Part shown: piece by piece, positions 20,225-34,506 of the stretch
Layout of the letters: each line of letters starts with the position of its first letter
Numbering within the stretch: position 1 is the stretch's first letter
Assembly: GCA_964645885.1 (NCBI GenBank)
Contig: CAZYCO010000005.1
Span: 1,590 to 51,370 of the forward strand
Reading direction: 5' to 3'
Length of the DNA stretch: 49,781 bases
Source of the DNA: an uncultured Gammaproteobacteria bacterium
GTDB taxonomy: Bacteria > Pseudomonadota > Gammaproteobacteria > CAZYCO01
The notes under the pieces: generated by a model
The model's database searches: none
What the model saw: the letters and a program-made list of their open reading frames with translations, nothing else
Told to the model about the DNA's origin: nothing
Program-made: the position numbers and the translations under genes

Positions 20225-23050
20225 CTATTTCCCAAACGCATCATTTACTAATTTAGTTTGTTCTTCAGCATGTAATTTCGTTGAACCTGCAGCAGGTGAT
20301 GCTGATGATGGACGACCTGCATAATGCAGTATTTGCCCTTTTTCCAAACAAGCAACGATATGGTGTTGAATTGCATACCAAGCACCTTGATTTTGAGGTT
20401 CTTCTTGGCACCAAATGATTTCTTTTGCGCTTTTGTATTCTTTTAATAATTTTTTCAAAATCGCTTCAGGGAATGGATACAACTGTTCGATACGAATAAT
20501 TGCTGTATCTTCAATTTTGTCAGCGCGACGTTTTTGTAATAAGTCATAATAAACTTTTCCGCTAGTCAAAATAACACGTTTCACTGCGCTTGCTTTGATT
20601 GGATCAATTTCAGGAATGATATTTTGAAATTCACCTTGCGTTAAATCTTGCACGCTTGAAGTTGCTAGTTTATGACGTAATAAACTTTTTGGTGTCATTA
20701 CCACAAGTGGTTTGCGATAAGGGCGAATCATTTGTCTGCGTAACAAATGAAAAATTTGAGCTGGCGTAGTTGGTACACATACTTGCATATTATGTTGCGC
20801 GCATAATTGCATATAGCGTTCTAAACGTGCAGATGAATGCTCTGGACCTTGCCCTTCATAACCATGTGGTAACAACATCACTAAACCACATAATCTGCCC
20901 CATTTCTGTTCGCCAGAACTAATAAATTGATCGATAACAACTTGAGCGCCATTTGCAAAATCACCAAATTGCGCTTCCCAAATGACAAGTGATTTTGGTT
21001 CAGTCATAGCAAAACCATATTCAAAACCAAGTACAGCTTCTTCTGATAATACAGAATCAATTACTGCAAATTGATATGGTTCTTTAGTAAGGTTTTGTAA
21101 TGGAATAAAAGCATTACCATTTTTAGCATCGTGCAAGACTGCATGACGATGAGCAAATGTACCGCGTCCGCAATCTTGTCCTGAAATACGAACATTATAA
21201 TCTTCGTTTAATAATGTTGCATAAGCTAAAACTTCTGCTGCGCCCCAGTTAAATGGCACTTCACCATCCACCATTTTTTGACGCTCGATTAATACTTTTT
21301 CTACTTGTGGATGAACATGAAAATCTTTTGGTAAACGTTCTAATTGGCTTGCAACTTCTTTTAATTCTTTTTCTGAAATTGCTGTTTTACAAGGGGTATC
21401 CCACTGATGATTTAAATAAGGTTTCCAATTCGCTTTCAATTGGCTATTTAAACCATCTGGACGTGTTTTAACGATTGGTTTTCCTTGATCTAAAATATCG
21501 CGATATTTTTCAATACCTTGTTTTACTTCAGCATCATTAATTAAATTTTCTGCAATTAATTTTTTGCCGTAAATTTCAACAATTGTTGGATGACTTTTAA
21601 TTTTTTCATACATAACTGGTTGAGTGATTGACGGATCATCTGCTTCGTTGTGACCATGTCTACGGTAACAAACTAAATCAATGACTACGTCTTTTTTAAA
21701 ACGCATACGAAAATCAAGTGCGAGTTCTGCTGCAAATACTACAGCTTCAGGATCATCGCCGTTTACATGAATAACTGGTGCTTGCACCATTTTTGCAATA
21801 TCCGTGCAATATAAAGTTGAGCGTGCATCTAGCGGATTACTTGTTGTAAATCCAATTTGATTGTTCACAACAATATGTACTGTTCCACCGGTACAATAAC
21901 CACGAGCTTGTGAAAAATTAAGTGTTTCCATTACAACACCTTGACCTGCAAATGCAGCATCACCGTGAATAAGTAATGGTACAACTTCATCACGTTGTTG
22001 ATCATTGCGACGTTGTTGACGTGCGCGTACTGAACCTTCAACAACTGGATTAATAATTTCTAAATGTGATGGATTAAATGCAAGTGAAACATGCAAATCA
22101 CCATGTGGTGTTGCAAGATCAGATGAAAATCCTTTGTGATATTTAACGTCACCAGATAATTGGCTTACGCTATATTTACCTTCAAATTCTTGAAATAACT
22201 CACTTGGTTCTTTACCGAGAATGTTGACTAATACATTTAATCGACCACGATGCGCCATGCCCATTACTAATTCTTTTACGCCGTGTTCCGCTGAACGATC
22301 AATTACACGTTTCAATAATGGAATAAGACTATCGCCACCTTCTAATGAAAAACGTTTTTGTCCAACATATTTAGAACCTAAATATTTTTCTAATCCTTCT
22401 GCTGCAATTAATGATTCTAAAATCTGTTTTTTTTGTGCTGCAGTATATTGAGGATGTGCTTGTGTTGATTCAATTCGTTCTTCGAGCCATTTTCTTTGTT
22501 CGCTGTTACTAATATGCATGTATTCAAAACCTAATGTGTCGCAGTAGGTTTTTTTCAGTACAGTAACGATTTCTTTTAATGGCGCGCCATTTTTAGTAAG
22601 ACGAGATTCGGTACTAAATACTTCATTCATTTCACTAACACCTAATTGGTGATGTGAAAGTTCTAAGTCAGGTACTGAACCACGAGGCGCTAAATGCAAA
22701 GGATCAAGATCAGCCGCTAGATGGCCATAGCTTCTGTAGGATTCAACTAATTGCAATACATGCGCTTGCGCTTTTTGTTGTTTAGCATCGCCGCTTACTA
22801 CTACAGCAGCAGTTTTACGATTGGAGCTTTGTGCTAATTTCAATAATTCATCGCGAATTGCAGCATGAGAAATATCACTAGTTTGTCCATTTACTTTTGG
22901 TAATTGCTGAAAGAATTGTTGCCATTCAGGACTAACATCATTTGGATTATTTAGAAAACGCTCAAACAATTCATCGATATAAGCAGCATTTGCGCCTGAT
23001 AAAAAAGATGATTGTTGCATTTGTTCGAAATAACTTTTTGATGATTTCAT
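20225..23050 (-). CDS. sucA: 2-oxoglutarate dehydrogenase E1 component
   Basis: This 941-aa ORF has typical E1o sequence throughout (HGDAAFAGQGVV, RHGHNEADDP), in sdhB-sucA-sucB synteny. Confidence 0.96.
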   Translation of the reverse strand: MKSSKSYFEQMQQSSFLSGANAAYIDELFERFLNNPNDVSPEWQQFFQQLPKVNGQTSDISHAAIRDELLKLAQSSNRKTAAVVVSGDAKQQKAQAHVLQLVESYRSYGHLAADLDPLHLAPRGSVPDLELSHHQLGVSEMNEVFSTESRLTKNGAPLKEIVTVLKKTYCDTLGFEYMHISNSEQRKWLEERIESTQAHPQYTAAQKKQILESLIAAEGLEKYLGSKYVGQKRFSLEGGDSLIPLLKRVIDRSAEHGVKELVMGMAHRGRLNVLVNILGKEPSELFQEFEGKYSVSQLSGDVKYHKGFSSDLATPHGDLHVSLAFNPSHLEIINPVVEGSVRARQQRRNDQQRDEVVPLLIHGDAAFAGQGVVMETLNFSQARGYCTGGTVHIVVNNQIGFTTSNPLDARSTLYCTDIAKMVQAPVIHVNGDDPEAVVFAAELALDFRMRFKKDVVIDLVCYRRHGHNEADDPSITQPVMYEKIKSHPTIVEIYGKKLIAENLINDAEVKQGIEKYRDILDQGKPIVKTRPDGLNSQLKANWKPYLNHQWDTPCKTAISEKELKEVASQLERLPKDFHVHPQVEKVLIERQKMVDGEVPFNWGAAEVLAYATLLNEDYNVRISGQDCGRGTFAHRHAVLHDAKNGNAFIPLQNLTKEPYQFAVIDSVLSEEAVLGFEYGFAMTEPKSLVIWEAQFGDFANGAQVVIDQFISSGEQKWGRLCGLVMLLPHGYEGQGPEHSSARLERYMQLCAQHNMQVCVPTTPAQIFHLLRRQMIRPYRKPLVVMTPKSLLRHKLATSSVQDLTQGEFQNIIPEIDPIKASAVKRVILTSGKVYYDLLQKRRADKIEDTAIIRIEQLYPFPEAILKKLLKEYKSAKEIIWCQEEPQNQGAWYAIQHHIVACLEKGQILHYAGRPSSASPAAGSTKLHAEEQTKLVNDAFGK

Positions 23051-23079
23051 ACGATTTACCTAAATGAATATTTCTCTAT

Positions 23080-23204
23080 CCCTCACCCGCCAACGCTTCG
23101 CGTTGTCGACCTCTCCCATTTTCATGGGAGAGGTGAAATAGAAAGTTCTGTTCACCTCCCCCGCTTTCGAGAGAGGTCGAGCGCATCAGCGCTCGAGTGA
23201 GGGT
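23080..23204. repeat. Inverted pair of family 3 REP-like elements in the sdhB-sucA spacer
   Basis: The unit at 23080-23136 is the reverse orientation of the 9693-9745 element. The unit at 23152-23204 is in the forward orientation (TCACCTCCCCCGCTTTCGAGAGAGGTCGAGCGCATCAGCGCTCGAGTGAGGGT). Confidence 0.8.
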
Positions 23205-23214
23205 TATTTAATTA

Positions 23215-23955
23215 CTATCTCGTTTTCTTACTATCATCCAACATTGCAGTTCTTAACTCAGAAATTGCTTTTGCTGGATTTAAATCTTTAGGACAAACAC
23301 TGGTGCAATTCATAATTGTGCGACAGCCATAAATAGCTTTTGGATCTTGTATTTTTTCTAAACGTTCATGCTCTTGTGTATCGCGACTATCTTGAACAAA
23401 ACGGTTTAACCACAACAAAGCAGCTGGTCCAATAAAGCCATTATCATCGCCATGATTCCACCAATACGAAGGACAGGAAGAGGTACAGCATGCGCATAAA
23501 ATACATTCGAATAAACCATTTAATTTTTCACGATCTGCTGGTGTTTGTAGATATTCTTTTGCAGGTGGCTCGCCTTCATGATGCTGTAACCAAGGCTCAA
23601 CACGTTCGTATTGTTTATAGAACGGTTCCATATCGACAACTAAGTCACGGATAATTGGTAAACCTGGTAATGGATGAATCACGATAGGTGTTTTTAATGA
23701 AGATAATGGTGTAGTACAAGCTAAACCATTTTTACCATTAATATTCATACCATCTGAGCCGCAAACACCTTCGCCACAGGAGCGACGAAAAGATAGAGAT
23801 TCATCTTGTTGCTTCAATAAAATAAGTGCTTGCAACAACATCATGTCGCTGTCTTTTTGAATCGTTAATTTAAACGATTGCATATAAGGCTTTTTATCTG
23901 TTTCTGGGTTAAAGCGTGAAATCGAAAACTCAATATCAATCGTTTCAGATGTCAT
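23215..23955 (-). CDS. sdhB: Succinate dehydrogenase iron-sulfur subunit
   Basis: Three Cys clusters are present: CGEGVCGSDGMNINGKNGLAC, CILCACCTSSCP and CRTIMNCTSVCP. Confidence 0.96.
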   Translation of the reverse strand: MTSETIDIEFSISRFNPETDKKPYMQSFKLTIQKDSDMMLLQALILLKQQDESLSFRRSCGEGVCGSDGMNINGKNGLACTTPLSSLKTPIVIHPLPGLPIIRDLVVDMEPFYKQYERVEPWLQHHEGEPPAKEYLQTPADREKLNGLFECILCACCTSSCPSYWWNHGDDNGFIGPAALLWLNRFVQDSRDTQEHERLEKIQDPKAIYGCRTIMNCTSVCPKDLNPAKAISELRTAMLDDSKKTR

Positions 23956-23978
23956 TAGAAATGCCTCGCTTAAAAAGT

Positions 23979-25747
23979 TTAGTAAACGCGTTCTTTTAAT
24001 TCAAACGGTGCCACTGTTTTTGGTGACATGTTTACTGCACGAAAATCAATACGATCTTTGTCTTCAAAATAAAGTGTATGTTTCAACCAGTTTTTATCAT
24101 CACGCTTTGGAAAATCTTCACGACTATGCGCACCACGACTTTCTTGTCTGGTTAAAGCAGACAATGCAGTAGCAAATGCAGAAGCAATTAAATTATCTAA
24201 TTCTAATGCTTCAACACGCGCAGTATTGAAAACTTTAGATTTATCATGAAGAACTACTTTTTGCGCACGAATACGAATTTCTTCTAAACGACGTATGCCT
24301 TTTTGCATCACTTCTGCGGTACGGAATACACCAAAATCTTCTTGCATCACACGTTGTAAATCGCCGCGAATAGTAGCAACGCTTTCACCATGTTGATTGG
24401 TTTCCAAACGTTGATAACGCTCAAAACCTTTTTCTAATGCGGTATGACTTGCGATATGTAATGGCATTTCTTTTAAGTGTTCTGCTAAATGCAAACCTGC
24501 AGCTCGACCAAATACTACTAAATCGAGTAATGAGTTTCCGCCTAAGCGATTAGCACCGTGTACAGATACACATGCACATTCACCTACTGCATATAAACCA
24601 GGTACAACTGCATCATTACCATTTGCATCTTTTGTCAGCACTTGTGCATTTACGTTTGTTGGAATACCACCCATGCTGTAATGGCATGTTGGAACAACTG
24701 GAATAGGAGTTGTAATTGGATCAACGTGAGCAAAATGCATCGCTAATTCGCGAATACCAGGTAAACGTTCAGTAATGATTTTTGGATCGAGGTGATCAAG
24801 CTTTAATTTAATACATGGAATGCCATGATCAGTAACAAATCCACGTCCTTCGCGAATCTCAACGGCAATTGCACGTGCAACAACGTCACGAGATGCTAAA
24901 TCTTTAGCATTTGGCGCATAACGTTCCATGAAACGCTCGCCTTTATTGTTGATTAGATAACCACCTTCACCGCGTGTTCCTTCGGAAATTAAACAACCAA
25001 CTCCTGCAATACCTGTCGGGTGGAATTGCCACATTTCCATATCTTGTACTGGTAATCCTGCACGTAACACCATGCCTAAACCATCACCCGTGTTGATAAG
25101 AGCATTGGTAGTAGATTGGAAAATACGTCCTGCGCCACCAGTTGCAAAAACAATTGCTTTAGCATTGAAAAATGCGGTTTCGCCAGTTTCGATATTAAGT
25201 GCAGTCATCCTGCAAATTCATTTGGCTTTTCTGCAGGTACTAGATCGATTGCAAACCACTCATTATAGAAGTGGGTTTTCATCTTGAGATTTTGTTGATA
25301 GAGGGTATGAAGTAACGCATGGCCAGTTCGATCTGCTGCAGCGCATGTTCTTGCTGCTTGCTCGCCACCAAAATTTTTAGATTGGCCACCAAACTTACGC
25401 TGATAGATACGACCATCATCGATTCGAGAAAAAGGCAAACCCATATGTTCTAATTCATAAACAACAGTTGGGCCTTCTTTACACATATATTCAATACAGT
25501 CTTGGTCACCTAAATAATCAGAACCCTTGACTGTGTCATACATGTGCCAATGCCAGTTATCATCACCAGAATTTCCTAATGCAGCGTTAATACCACCTTG
25601 TGCTGATACTGTATGTGAACGAGTAGGAAATACTTTAGAAATAACTGCGACACGGTAATTGGAATTTGCAAGCTGCAGAGCTGCTCTTAAACCTGAACCG
25701 CCTCCGCCGATGATGATGGCATCATAGGTATAAGTCGAAAGTGCCAT
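23979..25747 (-). pseudogene. sdhA: Succinate dehydrogenase flavoprotein subunit, interrupted by a 1-nt frameshift (two ORFs, 25747-25205 and 25208-23979)
   Basis: The N-terminal ORF has the FAD motif [14 protein letters not shown] and [10 protein letters not shown]. The C-terminal ORF continues with TALNIETGE...[13 protein letters not shown] and [11 protein letters not shown]. Together they give a colinear 589-aa SdhA. The frames differ by one base at GCAGGATGACT (25205-25213). Confidence 0.8.
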
Positions 25748-25750
25748 TGC

Positions 25751-26098
25751 TTAAATACCCCATAAAATTTCGATGCCCCAAATTAGGCATCCAAGTAAAA
25801 ATAAGAAAATAATGGATTGCACAGTCATTTTGATGCCGATATGGGTGATGTAATCGGTGGTTACACGCCACATCCCTAACCATGCATGAGTCATAACATT
25901 TAATAAAGTGATAATAGTGAATAATCGCATTAAGGGACTGAACATGAATAATGCCCAATCGTCGTATTCAACATAAGAATGAGTGATAAAAAAGCCGATT
26001 ATTGTGAGAAAATAAAGTGTGACTACAATTGCAGAGACACGCTGTACGATCCAATCGCGTACCCCATTTCCAGTTAAGCCATTGATCAGCATTACCAT
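25751..26098 (-). CDS. sdhD: Succinate dehydrogenase hydrophobic anchor subunit
   Basis: A 115-aa protein with three TM segments, located between sdhC and sdhA. Confidence 0.85.
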   Translation of the reverse strand: MVMLINGLTGNGVRDWIVQRVSAIVVTLYFLTIIGFFITHSYVEYDDWALFMFSPLMRLFTIITLLNVMTHAWLGMWRVTTDYITHIGIKMTVQSIIFLFLLGCLIWGIEILWGI

Positions 26099-26466
26099 AA
26101 ATAAATACCTGCTATGACTGTGAGAAGAATTGCCACTATAAATACCACCATAGATGTTTGGCGCCCTGCTTTTAAGCTTTCAGCGTAACCCATATCCATA
26201 ACTAGATGTCGAATACCCGCACAGATATGAAAAATTACTGCTGCCATTACCACCCAAAGTAACCATCTTAATGAAGAATGTGGTAAGGAATATTTCAAAT
26301 CATAAAAAGTTTCCGGCGCAATTAAAGACAATTGTAAAAGCCACAAAAGGAAGGGAATGGCTAAGAAAATAATAACGCCAGATATACGGTGACAAATAGA
26401 TACAATAGCTGTGATTGGAAATTGAATTGCTGTTAAATCAAGAAAAATAGGTCGGTGTGATTTCAC
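26092..26466 (-). CDS. sdhC: Succinate dehydrogenase cytochrome b556 subunit
   Basis: A TM protein with an SICHRISGV-type heme-ligand region. A GAGGAAAATC ribosome-binding site precedes the GTG at 26466. I rejected the 41 upstream codons of the ORF track. Confidence 0.85.
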   Translation of the reverse strand: MKSHRPIFLDLTAIQFPITAIVSICHRISGVIIFLAIPFLLWLLQLSLIAPETFYDLKYSLPHSSLRWLLWVVMAAVIFHICAGIRHLVMDMGYAESLKAGRQTSMVVFIVAILLTVIAGIYLW

Positions 26467-26506
26467 GATTTTCCTCGAACATAAAAATGAATTTTTTTTG
26501 CCCCAA

Positions 26507-26528
26507 TTTTGCCTGTGTACAGGCAAAA
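26507..26528. promoter_or_regulatory. 10-bp-arm perfect palindrome upstream of sdhC (candidate operator or 5-prime UTR hairpin)
   Basis: TTTTGCCTGT-GT-ACAGGCAAAA lies 41-62 nt upstream of the sdhC GTG, in the gltA/sdhC divergent region. Confidence 0.3.
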
Positions 26529-26651
26529 GCGCGCAATAGTATATAGATTCGATTTTTAAAATACAAAGTAGATTTGATGAGTTCAACAAACTTTCTGGTG
26601 GGAATGAAATCTTTAATTTCTTTGTCTAGCCTACAGCTTAAAATCTACCTT

Positions 26652-26688
26652 TGTGAGGCGGGCAAAAGGGTGAAAAGCTGTGTCCACC
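26652..26688. repeat. Degenerate family 2 REP unit in the gltA/sdhC control region
   Basis: TGTGAGGCGGGCAAAAGGGTGAAAAGCTGTGTCCACC resembles TGTAGGGTGGGCAAAG-N-GTGCCCACC. Confidence 0.5.
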
Positions 26689-26693
26689 ATTCG

Positions 26694-26721
26694 TTGACAT
26701 GTCACCTCATTCCTTTATAGT
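26694..26721 (+). promoter_or_regulatory. Candidate sigma70 promoter of gltA
   Basis: TTGACA (26694-26699), a 16-nt spacer, then TATAGT (26716-26721), about 50 nt upstream of the gltA ATG. Confidence 0.45.
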
Positions 26722-26773
26722 GCCGGCCGATTATGAATTTCCCCTCTTCATAAAGATAATGCTAGGAGTACGC

Positions 26774-28066
26774 ATGAGTTCCGAAAAAGCAGAACTACAT
26801 ATAAACAATAAAGATTTATCCTTACCTATATATACCCCAACTATTGGTCAACGCGTCGTAGATATCAAAGCCTTAGCGCAAGAACAAGTTTTTACTTTTG
26901 ACCCAGGATTTACTGCAACTGCAGCATGTGAATCTAAAATTACCTATATTGATGGTGACAAAGGCATTTTACTTTATCGCGGTTACCCAATCGAACAATT
27001 AGCTGAACAATCCGATTATTTAGAAGTTTGCTATTTATTATTAAATGGCGAATTACCAACACAAGAACAAAAAAACGCTTTTGAACACAACATCAAATAT
27101 CACACTTTATTACATGAACAAGTTTATAACTTCATCAATGGTTTCAGACGCGATGCACATCCAATGGCAATCTTATTAAGTATTGTTGGTGCACTCTCTT
27201 CTTTCTATCACGATTCATTAGACGTACATAATGCCGAACATCGCCAATTAGCGGCTCTTCGCTTAATTGCAAAAATCCCAACGATTGCTGCAATGTGTTA
27301 CAAATATTTTATCGGTCAACCATTCATGTATCCAAAAAATGAATTAAATTATACCGAAAATTTCTTACACATGATGTTCAATGTACCAAGTGAAACCAAA
27401 AAATTTGATCCAATTTTAGTTCGTGCTATGGATCGTATTTTCACTTTACATGCTGATCATGAACAAAATGCTTCAACATCAACTGTGCGATTAGCTGGTT
27501 CAACTGGTGCAAATCCATTTGCATGTATTGCAGCTGGTATTGCTGCACTTTGGGGACCATCTCATGGCGGTGCCAACGAAGCTGCACTCAACATGTTAAG
27601 AGAAATAGGTCACGTCGATAACATTGGTAAATATATTGCGCGTGCAAAAGATAAAAATGATTCATTCCGTTTAATGGGCTTCGGTCATCGCGTTTATAAA
27701 AATTACGACCCACGTGCAACTGTCATGCGCAAAACCTGTCATGAAGTATTAGATACAGTCGGCGCTAAAGACGATCCATTGTTCCAAATTGCGTTACAAC
27801 TCGAAAAAATCGCACTCGAAGATGATTATTTCATTGAGAAAAAACTATATCCAAATGTCGATTTCTATTCAGGTATTACACTTCGCGCACTTGGTATTCC
27901 TGAAAATATGTTCACTGTTATTTTTGCACTTGCACGTACAGTGGGCTGGATTTCGCAATGGACTGAAATGATGAGTGATCCAAATATGCGAATTGGTCGT
28001 CCTCGTCAGCTTTATACTGGATCAACCGAACGAAATTACGTTCCAATCCAAAAACGCAAAAAATAA
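26774..28066 (+). CDS. gltA: Citrate synthase (type II)
   Basis: It carries the [11 protein letters not shown] and [14 protein letters not shown] motifs. AGGAG precedes the ATG at 26774. It is divergent from sdhCDAB as in E. coli. I rejected the 25-codon upstream extension. Confidence 0.95.
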   Translation: MSSEKAELHINNKDLSLPIYTPTIGQRVVDIKALAQEQVFTFDPGFTATAACESKITYIDGDKGILLYRGYPIEQLAEQSDYLEVCYLLLNGELPTQEQKNAFEHNIKYHTLLHEQVYNFINGFRRDAHPMAILLSIVGALSSFYHDSLDVHNAEHRQLAALRLIAKIPTIAAMCYKYFIGQPFMYPKNELNYTENFLHMMFNVPSETKKFDPILVRAMDRIFTLHADHEQNASTSTVRLAGSTGANPFACIAAGIAALWGPSHGGANEAALNMLREIGHVDNIGKYIARAKDKNDSFRLMGFGHRVYKNYDPRATVMRKTCHEVLDTVGAKDDPLFQIALQLEKIALEDDYFIEKKLYPNVDFYSGITLRALGIPENMFTVIFALARTVGWISQWTEMMSDPNMRIGRPRQLYTGSTERNYVPIQKRKK

Positions 28067-28145
28067 TGCTTTATCTCTCTGTCAAAAACTGAAATAGTTT
28101 TCCGTGTAGGATTTTTATTTTCAAAATAATGACAGGGAGATAGTT

Positions 28146-28451
28146 ATGAAAAAAACTAAGCGCGGTCGACGTCCAATAAAATCAATAGCAGAAATAAGAC
28201 AACAAGCAGCTAAAACATCAACCACTGCTTCTTTAGAAAAACATGTGCATCAATTGCAAAAAAAAATGCATAAATTAGCGCAAGATTTTCAAAAACAATT
28301 AGCAAAATTACTTTCAGAAAAAAGTACTGCTAGTAAAAGAGGTAGACGTAAATCTCAAGGAAGAAAAAAAGTAAGCGCATCATCTTCAATCACTACAATG
28401 CAAAAATCGAATGGCAAAAAACGCCGCGGTAGACCATCAAAAAAAGCTTAA
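28146..28451 (+). CDS. Small highly basic protein with AT-hook-like motifs (histone-like/nucleoid or host-DNA binding candidate)
   Basis: A good ribosome-binding site (GGGAGA) is present. The protein is 101 aa, with about one third Lys/Arg by my count. It has KRGRRP at the N-terminus, KRGRRKSQGRKK, and a C-terminal KKRRGRPSKKA with the canonical RGRP core. The centre is a helical Q/K/L segment. Confidence 0.65.
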   Translation: MKKTKRGRRPIKSIAEIRQQAAKTSTTASLEKHVHQLQKKMHKLAQDFQKQLAKLLSEKSTASKRGRRKSQGRKKVSASSSITTMQKSNGKKRRGRPSKKA

Positions 28452-28477
28452 ATTTTTAAAATATTATCAAGCTTTAA

Positions 28478-28511
28478 GGCGGGCAAATAAGCGAAAGCTT
28501 CGTTGCCCACC
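28478..28511. repeat. Degenerate family 2 REP unit between convergent genes
   Basis: GGCGGGCAAATAAGCGAAAGCTTCGTTGCCCACC forms a hairpin. It may act as a bidirectional terminator for the basic-protein gene and trx. Confidence 0.5.
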
Positions 28512-28526
28512 AATTAACTTCGATGC

Positions 28527-28859
28527 TTATTTCGTTTCATCAATTTCTTTTGCTTGATTAATTAAATCTTGCAATGCAGTTTTTGGTAAGGTGCCTGATT
28601 CTGCAAATAAAATTGTGCCTTTCTTTAAAATCATTAAAAAAGGAATTGCACGAATTTCAAATAAATTTGCCAATTCAGGTTGTTCATCAACATTAATAGA
28701 ACCGAATACAATATCTTTATTTGCGTCTGCAACATCATGAAATATAGGCGTAAATGCTTTACATGGTCCGCACCATTGCGCCCAAAAATCTAGTACAACG
28801 ATTGGATTATTTTGAACAGTATCTTCAAAATTATCTTTGGTAATTTCTTTTACACTCAT
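28527..28859 (-). CDS. Thioredoxin
   Basis: A 110-aa ORF with the WCGPC active site and thioredoxin-fold spacing. Confidence 0.9.
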   Translation of the reverse strand: MSVKEITKDNFEDTVQNNPIVVLDFWAQWCGPCKAFTPIFHDVADANKDIVFGSINVDEQPELANLFEIRAIPFLMILKKGTILFAESGTLPKTALQDLINQAKEIDETK

Positions 28860-28868
28860 AAAACGTCC

Positions 28869-34464
<5,596 letters not shown>

Positions 34465-34506
34465 ATAAAGGATCCTCTTTGATCGTTGTTTTCAACTAAA
34501 ATTCAA

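Noticed and set aside
25195-25225. Programmed -1 ribosomal frameshifting as the explanation for the sdhA split.
   Set aside because: No X-XXY-YYZ slippery heptamer and no downstream stimulatory structure is visible at the junction. A 1-nt deletion or a sequencing error in the GG run is simpler.
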